A stretch of 64,000 nucleotides of DNA. Origin: the human T2T-CHM13v2.0 reference genome, Homo sapiens. Below are positions 26,945 through 40,323 of the stretch, piece after piece (the stretch's first letter is position 1; each line of letters opens with the position of its first letter). The stretch lies in the NCBI RefSeq assembly GCF_009914755.1, contig NC_060936.1; one strand, given 5' to 3'. The position numbers and the translations under genes are program-made. The notes beneath the pieces are model-generated. The model worked only from the letters and a program-made list of their open reading frames with translations, was not told where the DNA came from and ran no database searches.

Positions 26945-27822
26945 GGGTGCTTTGTGATACAGCAATAGCTAACTTGTATACCTCTGTGCGGTCTCCCTGC
27001 ATCTCCTCTTGCGTACTACGTCTCTACAGAGTTGCAGATATAATTCCTTAAAAATTCAGGTTAGATCACATCATTCTACTGTTGAAAACCCTCTAATGGC
27101 TTCCCATCTCGCTCAGGAAGGAAAGAGCCAAAGTCCTTATCTTGGCCTTCAAAAGCTTTAAGTGATCTGCTCCAAGTCATCTCCCTCATCTGACCTCATC
27201 TTCTAACTATTTCCCCGTGTTTATTCTACTCCTGCACCTCGGGCTTCCACACACTTCTCAGACACAGCAGGCATTCACCCTCTGCCCCAGGACCTTTGCA
27301 CCTCTGCACAGCTCCCTCCCTGGCTTCATCCAGGTCTCTTTTCAAAGGACTCACCCACAGTGAGGTCTCCCCAACCACTAAATGTAAACCAGCTCTTCCA
27401 TGACTATCACTCTTCGCCTCTTTTCACTTCCCCACCTGACCTGCACATTAATTTATCAACTCTCTACCAGAACCAAGGGCATGGATTTAGATCACTTTTT
27501 CCAGAAACTAGAAAGCGTTTGATGCAAAGTGGTTGCTCAATATTTTTGAATGAATATATCTTTAGGTGTGGGTTCAATTAGATTTCTTTATTTTTAACTT
27601 TTATTTTAGGTTCAGGGGCACATGTGCAAGTTTGTTATATAGGTTTTAATCAGGGCAAGGACTGTAGGCTTTGAAATTCTTCAGGAAGCCAGTGCCTGAG
27701 GTAAACAAATCCATTTCCCTTTAAAATCTGTATATCTGGACATACTCTTCTGACTCTTCAAGTGAAAATTACTTGGCAGCCCCCATAATACGGTCAAAAA
27801 GGGCTCTGTAAAGAACCATGTG

Positions 27823-28212
<390 letters not shown>

Positions 28213-29058
28213 TCACTATTAAGACAGGCGGCACATCAGTGATATTTGGAAACAAAAAAGCCAGCATATGAATGTGACCAGTGGGCTAATTTTCAGTTCA
28301 GACAGGCCCTGAATGCACATTGGCACAGCTCCACAGCTGTAACTACCCCCGTTAACACAGGACGGGCAGTCTTAATTCACAGGCCGCATGTCCCCTCTTA
28401 CCCCTCAGTCACTTTAGGACATGGGAGACACAAGACGCGTCAGGTGCTAGATGAGAACGGTGGCCACAGGATTTGGGAACAAAGGCCGTGGTGATGGCTG
28501 CCTGAGCTTCATGCTTTAACCCAAGTGAGCCGCTTCTATCACTCTACCACACGCGTCATCTAATAATGGAACAACATGGGTTTCTTGAGGATCAGCAGGG
28601 AGGTCCGTAGAGTGGGAACCCGGAGCTCTCCCACCCGAGCATCCAGGGGTCACGACACACTCCATCTCCCACACGTGGTGACGCCCTGACCCTGAACCGC
28701 ACATCCCCAGGCTTCCCTGTCACAGCAGATGACACCATTGCTGCCCCAGAAATTAACGTCCTGACTCCTTCCTGCCTCTCACACTCCACGTCCAGTCTAT
28801 CAGCAAACCCTGTTGATTCCACCTTGAAGACACACCCCGAGCCTGTGCACTTCTCCCCACCCTGCCTTGCTGGAAGCCCCCATCATCTCGCATCAGGACA
28901 TGGCTCCCAGTGGGGTCCCTGCTTCCACTCCTGTTTTTTTTCTGTGTGGCCACTGGAGTGACCCTCTACAAACCAAAGCCAGATGCACCTCCTCTCTCAA
29001 TTCCAGTGGCATCTGACATAAACTGATTGAAAACTATGCCACAGTCACTCCCTGCATC

Positions 29059-29524
29059 TGAGGTAGGAGGGTAAGAGATGGGGGTTGGACTCTGGACCAC
29101 ACAGCACTAGCTAAATTAGGTCCCAGGTAGAAGCACCTTCCCATGAGACGCACCGCAGTGCCATGTCAGTTTACCATTGCCATGGCAACGTCCAGAAGTT
29201 ATCGCCCCTTTCCATGTCAGTGACCCAGCCATCCAGAAGTTACCACCATTTTCCAATAATTTTCTGCATAACCTGCCCCTTAATTTGCATGTAATTAAAA
29301 CCTGGCTTAAATACGACTTCGGAGCTGCCTTTGAGCCACAACTCTAGGCGCACAGCCTGTGAGGTAGCCTTGCTCTGCAAGGAGCAGGACCTCTGCTGCT
29401 GCTATGCACAGACACTTCAGTAAAAGCAGCTAACCCCACCAGCTTGCCCTTGAATTCTTCCCTGGGCAAAGCCAAGAACCCTCCCATCCTAAGCCCTGAT
29501 TTGGGGGCTCCCTGCCCCGCACCA
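29059..29524 (+). mobile_element. ERV1-class solo LTR (MER66/MER41 group)
   Basis: TG...CA ends; perfect 4-bp TSD catc (29055-29058 / 29525-29528); cagtttaccattgccatggcaac and gaattcttccctgggcaaagccaagaaccctccc motifs. Confidence 0.82.
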
Positions 29525-30754
29525 CATCTACATTCTTGCTGACGTAATTTCTTGGCTCCTCATAGCTGGAGACAGAGTCAGCTTCCCCATCCCCTCAAAC
29601 CAGGCAGACTCTGAGCCTTGCTTTGGCCAACGGAATTCGAGAAGTGCCTTGCCCCATTCAAGCCTGGGCCTTATGAGGTCTTCCATGCCTCTGCCTCATT
29701 CACGGCCCAACTGTACCCTGGCCAGAAGCCCTGTCTTGCCTGATGGAGGAGGGGAGAGCAAGGAGCAAGGCAGTCACCCCAGCCCAACCAACCAAGACCC
29801 TCCAGTGGCCACCCAGGTGCATGAAGCCCCGGCTGGACCGGAGGAGCTGTTCAGTCCAGTCCGGTCAAGCTGAGAAGCTCCATGCAGCCAATCAGAGGTT
29901 TGGGAGCAATGATGGACTGTGACCGCTTCAAGCCCCAGGCTTCGGGACGGTTTGTTATGCAGTCTTATTGGGACGGGGGTAATACATACAGTTCTACAGT
30001 TCTTGGAATTCTACCTTGGCCTGTAAGACTCTGGCCAATTTATTCCCAATCCGGGTTTCATTTTTTACTTCCCTGCCCCTCCCCATTCACTGTCCGGCCC
30101 ACTTTCTTCTCCTTGGACATGTCAAGCATCCATACATCCCAGGCCCTCTGCACTCCCCCTGCCTGGAATGCTCCTCCCTGAACACTGACAGGGCTGCTTC
30201 CTCCCTCTGCTCAACATGTAGGTCTAGGGAAGCCTCCTGGACCACTCTTTTAAAGTGCCACCATCAGCAGGAACTGATTTCCTCCTCGTTTACCCAATTT
30301 ATTTTTCTGCAAAGCACTTATCACTGCCTGACAGTATATCACACGCATTTGACTTTTTCTTCATCGGGCAGTTGAATGTTGAGGTCTATTTTGCTAACTG
30401 CTATACCCCTGGTGCCTGCAACAGTGCCTGGTACATAGTGCTCAATCAATCCTTGTGAATGAATGAACAGTCATGCAATAAGCAGCTCATGGCCCAGGGA
30501 TGCCACGTGTGTCTCACTATATAGATCCCTGTTTAGGTGCACCGATGTACCCCTTTCCCTTGGTAGGGATGGAGGGGACAGGGAAATTCCCCAAAAGACA
30601 GGGTGGACTTGCAGGCGGAGTCTAGTTAGACCACCCCACTTGGTTCAGACTCCAGTGCTTTTCCATCTCTTGGTATTTTAAATTCCATAGACCAGGAATG
30701 AAGGGCTCCAGAATACTACATTTTCTCTTGTACAAGTCCCATCAAAAAGAACAC

Positions 30755-31126
<372 letters not shown>

Positions 31127-32059
31127 CTAACGATGCAAAAAAGGCTTGAAAACTCCATATGCCATTAGGCTCTTCTTCTCCAAAGGAAGAGACTTGGAAA
31201 AATTGCTCCTCCATTGCTATGAAAATGTTCCTGACAACCATTTCTTCTGTATTTTTCTGCATCCTCTAACATAACATTCCGAGTAAGAAAACCATGTCCA
31301 GCACGCCATGCTTTGTTTTGCTGGGGAAGCAGTGAGCTCCCTTCCCCGAAGGAGTGAGAATTATGCAATTGTTCATATTTTCTTTTCTGTCCAGCCTCCC
31401 TGGAAACTCGGAGCCAAATGAGAATCTTGGAGTAACTATGTTCAGCCTCTGAGGTGGTATATCTTAGTTCTTTCTTCTCTTTATGCAAACATTCCACTTC
31501 CTTCATATCACTTCATTATATTTAATGATTTTGGTAATTAGGCCATATGCTTGGAAAGAAGCATAATAAAAACACATTCACAGATAATGAAGTCATCAAT
31601 TATCATTTTTTAAGTAAGAAAATCAGGAGGGACTCAAATCAGGTTAAATATCACTGTGTGATCCATGCTGGGAGCAGCGGGGGGTGTCTAGTCAGTTTCA
31701 GTATTGTTCTCCCATGATTGTTTTAGGAAACATTCAGCCCCAATTTCAGTCTTTTCTATTTCACTGAAAGCTTTTATATTTGGAAGGAAAACTACATCCC
31801 GTTCACAATTCAGTAAAACCCAGTGGTGGGTGTGACTTGGTGGCCCGGTCACCAGGCTCTTCACCAGGCTGGCACTTCAGTGTCTTTGTTCTGTGCAGGC
31901 AAAGGGGAGGGGCTGTGAGCCGGCCCTCAGGCACACTTAGCTGGGAATCCTGCACCCCCTGACTCCTCCCAGGATGGGTCTCTGATCCCAGTAGAATCCT
32001 CTTCAGCTCTCAGCAAATCAGGTTGATTGAAACTCTGTTGAGGTTCCAATTCCACTCAC

Positions 32060-32368
32060 ATCACTGACAACAAAAGAAAAAATGCCACCAACTCAAAGGG
32101 TGTGAGGTCAGAAAGGAGGGAAGATGCTGCATCGCCGGCTTTGAAGGTGGAGCGCGAGGCCCTGAGCAGCCCTTGCAGCTGGAAAGGCAAGGAATGAATT
32201 CTCCCCAAAGCTCAGAAAGGCACGCAGTCCTGCCAACACCAGATCGTAGCCCTGTGAGGCTCATCTCAGACTTCTGACCCCCAGAACTGTAAGAGAATAT
32301 GACTACGTCGCTTTAAGCCACCGAGACACTGTGGGATCACTTGCTACAGCAGCGATAAGAAACAGACA
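32060..32368 (+). mobile_element. MLT1 (D-like) LTR 3' fragment
   Basis: ggctttgaaggtggag...cagacttctgacccccagaactgtaagagaata...tgctacagcagcgataagaaac. Confidence 0.75.
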
Positions 32369-32564
32369 CACGGTTTCTGAGCTCAGTACCACTGACACGT
32401 GGGACCAGGTGATAATCTGCTGTAGGAGACTGATCTGCACGGATCTGCGCGTGGGAGAGGGTTTTACATCCCTGGCCTCCCCTTCCCCAGTCATATCAAT
32501 CAAACGTGTCCTCAGACATTGCCAAATATCCCCTGGAGGGCAAGTTGGCCTCACTGAGAACCAT
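32369..32564. mobile_element. MER20-like hAT-Charlie DNA transposon
   Basis: ggtttctgagctcagtaccactgacac...cagacattgccaaatatcccctgg...tgagaacca. Confidence 0.75.
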
Positions 32565-32924
32565 CTTTCATGGCTTTTTAATCCAACAGACTCTCCGCTA
32601 AGCTCCTTCCTCCCAGGGATTCACGGCACACCCTCCATTAAATTCACTAAGCCCTGAACCTGTGTCCCAGGCACTAAAGGCAGAGGGTTGGATAAGTCAC
32701 GGTGTGTGCCCTCAGAAAACTCACAGTCATCGAGGCAGCTGCTTAAAGAATTATGTGGTAGCACCTCCTCTCTTGAGGGTTACATCCTGAAAACTTAGAG
32801 CACACAGTGAGAAGCAGGATGGTGAGCTTGCTGAGAACCGCAGGACCAGCTTGGTTCACATTCACGGCCGGTAGTCAGAGAATAGGGCATCTTTCTTTGC
32901 TAATCGAGATGGCATCATTCTTTT

Positions 32925-33076
32925 CTAATTGAGATGGAATCCACATGCCATGAAGGTCACCATTTTAGTGTGCAATGCCCCATGGTTTTGGCACTTTCAC
33001 AAAGTTCTGCAGCCATCATTACCATCTAACTCAAGAACATTTTCATCACTCCAAAAAGAACCTCATACCCCTTAGT
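32925..33076 (-). mobile_element. L1M (L1MB-like) 3' UTR fragment
   Basis: cacaaagttctgcagccatcattacca...aagaacattttcatcactccaaaaagaaacctcatacccc; resumes as cctggcaact at about 33481. Confidence 0.7.
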
Positions 33077-33486
33077 GGTCACTCCTCATCCCCATCCCCC
33101 ACATCCCCCACCCCCTCCACTCCCCCCACCACCATCCCTGGAGGGGTCACTCCTCATCCCCACCCCCCACCCCCTCCACTCCCCCCACCACTATCCCTGG
33201 AGGGGTCACTCCTCATCCCCAACCCCCACTCCCTCCACTCCCCACCATCATCCCTGGAGGGGTCACTCATCCCCATCCCCCACCCCCTCCACTCCCCTCC
33301 CACTATCCCTGGAGGGGTCACTCCTCGCCCCCATCCCCCACCCACTCCGCTCCCCCCACCACTATCCCTGGAGGGGTCACTCCTCATCCCCACCCCCCAC
33401 CCCCTCCACTCCCCCCACCACCATCCCTGGAGGGGTCACTCCTCATCCCCACCCCCCACCCCCAGCACCCCCCCATCATCCCTGGC
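33077..33486. repeat. C-rich (G-rich on the transcript strand) minisatellite, 7 copies of 55-68 bp
   Basis: ggtcactcctcatccccaccccccaccccctccactccccccaccactatccctggagg; starts 33077, 33145, 33204, 33261, 33316, 33375, 33434. Confidence 0.93.
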
Positions 33487-34275
33487 AACTATCCAGAGGC
33501 TCCCCTCAGAGCTCCAAACGCTTCCCCAAAGAGGCTACAGATGGAGGTAAAATCACTTCTTGATTTAAAGAGTATTTGCGGATGCAGCCTAATCCTGTTT
33601 TCTGCAATTGTGAAATGCAAATGACCCTGGTAATATATGTACTGGATCATAGAACTGGAGATGATTATTTTTTTATTTTTGTAAAAAATGTTTTCCAGAA
33701 TGATAATCCAATCAAATTTTAACACTTGGTGAAAAAATTCATTCAGCTTAACTCAGTGGCATCAATAGCAAATCAACCCACTGGCTAAATATTGAAGGAG
33801 AGCTCAGCTCATCAGGAATGCATGAGGAACATCCAGTTACCTGTACCCCCTGATAGAGCAAGGTTCTGGTTTAGCTATCCTCTTTATAACAAAGGTCATT
33901 AAACGTCTGAGGAGCAGCTTAAAATTCCTGAAGTTTGAAACCCACTGTAGCCACCTCTGGTCTTTAACGTAGGCAGACTCCATTTCCATTCAGGAGCGGT
34001 GTGCCTGCCACTGCACAGCTCAGCTGTGTTTAACATCCTAAAAAATGGAAATGCATAATTGGCTTTACGGGATTGCTTCCAGAAACACTGGAATTTTGTT
34101 ATTTATTGCTTTTTATACCACAAAAAGGGGAAAAACAGCCCCAACATCTCTGAATGTGGATGATGGCTTCCAAAGGAGCTTTACATACCTTCTGCTCGGG
34201 GTCCTGCAGCCCCTCCTTCCTCACACCGACCTCACAAAGAGCAGAAGCGGTCCCAAATGCAGAAAGCCAGCTTAC

Positions 34276-34398
34276 CTTCAGGACCTGTTCTAGGTTCTCC
34301 AGCTTGGCTTGGAGCTGGTGTTTCTCCTTCACGGCCAAATCGCGCTCTCTGGTCACGAGGGTGAGCGGGTGGTTGAGATGCACATACTCTGCCTTCAC
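34276..34398 (-). other. RIMBP2: RIMBP2 upstream exon (123 nt), nominally 5' UTR but open in frame: VKAEYVHLNHPLTLVTRERDLAVKEKHQLQAKLENLEQVLK
   Basis: Acceptor ccatcccttccgcttgcag|GTG and donor AAG|gtaagc. 41 codons with no stop, joining in frame to HMREAA. The end KLENLEQVLK|HMRE resembles the paralogous TSPOAP1 KLESLEQVLKHMRE (recalled). Confidence 0.88.
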
Positions 34399-34459
34399 CT
34401 GCAAGCGGAAGGGATGGAGACAAGGAGGTTATCACAACATGCCTAAGAGTTGGTATCCG

Positions 34460-35074
34460 TTGCTTCCTCTTTAGGAGCAAAATCTTCAATTTCCTCCTAG
34501 AGAATCCTTCCCTCCCTCCTTCTCCATCATGGACTGGGTCCACTCCTACTAGGGGTCACTACACATGACCAAGGGCTGGCCAATCAGCAGACGACCTCCA
34601 TCTTCCTCCCTCCCACCTCCACCACAGCCTCAGTGATTGGTTCAGGGTTGCAAATGTGTCACAGGTCTGGCCAATCAGTGTAATCTCATCCCCTGGATGT
34701 GGTGATTGGTTGGGGAAGTCACATGACCCAGTTGCATTCTGGGGGAATGAGATCTTGCACTTGTATAGGAACCCGGAAGAACTCTCCCTTTTGCCCACTG
34801 GACTCGGAAAGTTAAAGACAAACAGCTGGAACTACTGTGGCCTTTGCCATCACGAGGGAAGAACCCATCTGAGAACAGAGCCAATGAGATAAACACAGAG
34901 AGATGCAGAGGGAAAAGCAGGATCCCCATGGCATCATTTGAGCACCCAAATCAAGCTGAGCCTGAAGCTAATTGTCTTTTCCTTTTCAGTCACTTGGACC
35001 AATAGATTCTCCTTGTTTGCTTACACCAATTTGAATCGTCTGTCCCCTGTAACTATGAGAGCCCTAACAGATAC
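34460..35074. mobile_element. Old ERVL/MaLR LTR (MLT1K or LTR16-like)
   Basis: Repeated ggccaatcag and gtgattggtt motifs; terminus gagagccctaacagataca; boundaries approximate. Confidence 0.55.
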
Positions 35075-36649
35075 AAGTGTTTTCCCACTGTCTAAGCATA
35101 TTTATTCTTGTCTAAAAATTTTATCTCATCTTAAAAGTGAATAAAAATGCCAATGAAATTCCACATGAACTAGAATGCATTCCCCCAATAAACCCAAAAA
35201 CCACATAAATTCCATTCTCAGGCCACAACCCCCAGGGCCAAGCTACAAGCTTATTGGGAAGGCAAGCGCCATGTTCAGTCTCTCTCCTCTTCGAAACAGG
35301 TAAGGGGATGCTGTCAACGAAAGAAGTCACCATGGTTCCTTTCCCATTCATTTTCATTGTGGAGGCAACATGTTTTAACCCAACGGCAGCCTTGTAATTT
35401 CTTTTCCTCCTCCTCAAGTGTTATGATGTGAATTATGGCTTCAATAACAGACTAACATAATGTCACGCTTTTCAGCTGCAGAAGTCCTTTCTATTTCAAA
35501 TACATTCTGTACTGAGTGTTAGTTTAACCTGACAACTTCTGGGGCACCAAAAGAAAGGGAGGCACCCACTTGGCATTCCCAAATGGGAACAGGGTTACAG
35601 GAAAGCTGTTATTAAGAGGTCGTAGAGAGGTCTCATTCGAAGGAATATTTTAATGCCATTTTGCTGCAACGTGATGTTATCAGGCAACGAACTTAGAGAA
35701 ATAATCCAAATGCCCCCGGAGAAAATGTCACGACCTATTTGAATTAAACCACCCTCACTTCTGAACCTCAATACCCTGGGGTGCAGGTTTGCAGAAAGCA
35801 TCACTTCTTGCATCCTAGCTGTTCAAGAACATTAGGACTTGGGGGTCATGCTTGAATGCCCCTAAATTCAGTCTCACACGGTGACCAGCACCATCTTTCT
35901 GAAATACCTGCCAGATCTTGCCTCTCCCTGCTTGAAACCTTCTGTGGTTTCCACAGAAATTAGAATAAAATCCAAACTCCTTGGTGGTCTAAAAGTCCTA
36001 CCCACCTGCTACCCTGTTGCCACTATGCTGGGGACACCCTGGCCTCCTTCTGTCCCTTAAACAGCTCAAGCTTCTTCCCACCCCGGGGCCCCTGCACCTG
36101 CTGATTCCATTGCCTGCAGATCTCTACCCGGCCCTGCCCCAGTCTGCTCAGGTCTGGCTCCTTCTCATTAGGTGTCACCTCAGACAGGCCTTCCCAACCC
36201 TTGCAAGGTGACGAAACCCTTGCCTTCACCCCCTGCCTCCATGCCCCTCCCTCCCACACCACCATGCTTTGGTGTCCACGTGTGCTCAGCACTGTCCTCT
36301 GCGGCTGTTTGCCTTCTTCCTGTGGCTGCTCCTCATTGGAACAGAAGTGTCACCAGATAGAAGTTTTCTTCTGCCTTGCAATTTCCCATCATCAGCGCCC
36401 AGAGGACCGCCTGGCAGGGAGTCAGTGGTCGAGCAAGATTTTTGTACTGAATGGAATGGTGTTGAGGAAATTTCCAAGAGTGGAAAGGTGGCCCTGGCTC
36501 CTGGGTGGACTATTGCTGTCAGCCCTCCCAGACACAGGCCCCACTGTCATCAATCCCCCTTTGTGTCCTGAGAGGCTCATCCTCATGGCCTGCACCCCCC
36601 GTACCATCCGGCTTCTAATCAGGCTTGCCCAGTGGAAGACATGATCAAG

Positions 36650-37225
36650 AAATGATGGATCAGCATGACCCCCGGCCCCCGGCCCTCCCCACCAGCCTGC
36701 AGGGATTACCCTGAGCTGCTCCCCTTAGAAAGGCTGCTGGCGAGCCTGGCCCTTGGCTGGAGGCCTGGGAAGCAGGATTTGGGGAGAATTCCTACCTTCC
36801 CTAATTGATTAGGGCGGCTTACCACATCTAGGCCACTTGAACAGGACAGTTTATGCTGAACACCTTTCCTTCTGGGAGTCGGAATTTCAGTATGTGCTGG
36901 ACAGAGAGTGCCCATGCCACCAGGTCCCCATAAAAACTCTGGCTGCTGAGGCTTTAATGGGCTTCCCTGACAGATGACATTTCACACACATCACAGCTTG
37001 CAGCTGCAGGTCCTCTAAGCATCCTGTGTGATTCTTGGGAATCCTCTTGGGAGACGACCTGGAGAGCCTGTACCTGGTCTACCCCGGCTTCATTCTGTGT
37101 GCCTCTCCCTTTGCCACCTGTGCTATGTGTCCTTTTGCTGTAATAAGTCACAGCCCTAAGGGCAGCTGCACACTGAGCCCTGCGAGTCCTCCCACTGGGT
37201 GGTGGAACTGGGGTAACCCCCAACA
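36650..37225 (+). mobile_element. MER21-like ERVL LTR
   Basis: cccataaaaactctggc...gggcttccctg...tccttttgctgtaataagtcacagcc...gagccctgcgagtcctccc. Confidence 0.65.
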
Positions 37226-38022
37226 GTGTCCTTCTACAGGGAGGGCCTCTCCCACACCCTTCTCCCTGTACCCATAGCAGGTGGCCATGGCCCCCGGCCT
37301 CTGCTGGTCTCAGACTCCTAACCTCCTTTGCAGGTGTCCTGCCCATGCCCTCTGCCCCCCCGCCCCGGCAACAGCACCCACACCTTTGTTAGTACTTTCT
37401 TTTCTAAACTCTGCTCCATCCTCCAGTTTGCAAGTGCTGTGTATTTGCTATTGTGACCCTGATGGGTAAAATCTCCAAAGGAAAAAACATTAGCAGCCCA
37501 GAAGCACCATGATGGCTCAGAGGCTCCCTACATAAGGAGTTTCTAGTTTGGGGAGGAATCGATTCAGATTCATGTTTCACAGAGAAGCCAACTTGGGTTT
37601 CAGGCTCCATGTGCAGAACCCAGCATGAAGATGCATTTATTATCCAGCTTTTTATAAGAGCACTGGACAGTCAGGAATTGCCTTCTAAGGGTCAGCATCC
37701 AGTGCTTTGGTCAAGAACAGACAACCTCCAACCTGCGGACAGGCTGCCGTTCCAGTGTGAACCTGGAAAGAAATCACCGGGCACCGGAACGCATTCTCCC
37801 ACAGGTGTGTTACAAACGGCGCCAGAAGCTAGAGTCCAGCTGGCCCCTAAATCCTATTTGTCCCACAGTAGAGCTAGAAGGGAGCTAAATTTAATACGGT
37901 AGAGTGGAAACACTGTGTTTCTGCAGTGGACAATATGGTGGCAATTGCAGTGACTTAAGGCAATAATGTTGGGGGAACGAATGGGTGTGTTGACCTCGAG
38001 GTGATGCTCATAAGCAAAGTAA

Positions 38023-38396
<374 letters not shown>

Positions 38397-38587
38397 GATA
38401 TTTACTCTTTCATGGACCTCGTCTCATGCCACAATTATGGTTTTGCATTTCTTTGACTTAAAATTCCCCATAGTGTCATCTTTTTGTTTACCAGAATGAT
38501 GAAGGCCATGGCTCTGGTTCGCAACAAGGAGGAGAGGGTGTGTGGACAAGGAGGGGGAGGGAGAACCGAAAAGACTGATTTCCTGGA

Positions 38588-39004
38588 TGTATAATGGCTG
38601 AATAACGGCCCCACACAAAGATGTCCACATCCAAATTCCTAAAGTCTGTGAATATATCACTTTTTGTGGCAGAACGGACCCTGAAGATGGGATTGCATGG
38701 AGCGTCCTGAGAGTGGGAGAGCACCGGGGTTATCCAGATGGGCTCTACGTAGTCACAGAGCCCTTATCAGGAAAAGCAGAGTCAGAGACAAAAAAGAGAG
38801 AGCTTAGGTGATGCTCTGCTGCCAGCTTTGAAGATCAGGGAAGGAAGCCAAAAAAAGGCAAGAGGAGAGACTGTCCCCCAGAGCCTCAGGAAAGCACACC
38901 GGCCTGCTGACATCTTGACTTTAGGACTGAAGACCTCCAGAGCGGTGAGACACGGTGGTGTGTGTGCTTGTAGGAATTTGTCACAGCAGCAATAGGCAAC
39001 TGAT
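38588..39004 (+). mobile_element. MLT1 (C/D-like) MaLR LTR
   Basis: gctgaataacggcccc...aaagatgtccacatcc...tttgtcacagcagcaataggcaactga. Confidence 0.78.
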
Positions 39005-39952
39005 GCGGAAATCAGCTAAACAGCAGTCCTCGTTACCGCGAGCACGCGTCGAATTGTCACTCTACACCAACAACTGGCATCTGTCCCTGGAAAGCCCTAA
39101 GCCCCAGTGAGCTGGGTCCCACCCCTCCCTATTCCCCCAAGTCAAGGTTTGTCACTTCCTCTACTGGTACAGCCCCCAGGGCTTCAGTCACCCCAGTGGC
39201 TCCCCTAACCCTGCCTGCACCTCCTTAAGAATGCTTAGCAACCCTCAATTGCTTTTGGAGTATGCGCCATCTCTCTCCTGCTGGGACCAGACTGAGACCG
39301 TCTGTGACACGGTTCTGATGAGCCTGGAGCAGAAATCGCTAGAGGACAATGACCTTTCATGAAACAGAGCTTCGTGAGAAAAGCTTCAGCCCCTCTTCCT
39401 CCCACCACAGTGGGGATGCGACCCTTCGAGATGGAATACCACCTGTCTCGGTGTCAAGGAAGCCACCCTCCACACACGTCTCTGCTGGACAGGAGCCCCT
39501 GGGCCCTGGCTCCTTCTCCAGGCAGCTGCCTCTGGCCAGGGTCACCACCTCTGGGCTTCCTGAGCACAACAGTGCCCTTCGTATGAAACCCACCAAGCTC
39601 AGGCTTCTGTGAGGGGCAGCTGGAAATAACCCCAGCTGATAAACCTGGAGAAGGGGGCGTTCTCTAATTCAGCAGCCGCTGATCCCACCTGGATAGAGGA
39701 CTGATGCCACTAAATTAAAACACGATAAATATTGGCTCCCACGGGCCACTCAAATGCTGGCGCCTGGGGCCGGTAGCCCAGAAGAGAGCCTGGCAGTTTC
39801 TTCTCTGCCTGGTTGGGCTTTGCAGCCCAGCTCGTGCCAGGGAGTCTTGGTGGATGGGTCCTTGGTTGACAAATGCCCTGGCCTCTGGCTGAGCACAATA
39901 TAGGGGTGCTGGGATCCCCGCTGCATCAAGGTCTCTGCCTCAAAGTCCATTG

Positions 39953-40323
<371 letters not shown>

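Noticed and set aside
32975-33563. Proline-rich 191-aa and 162-aa ORFs
   Set aside because: Translations of the C-rich minisatellite.
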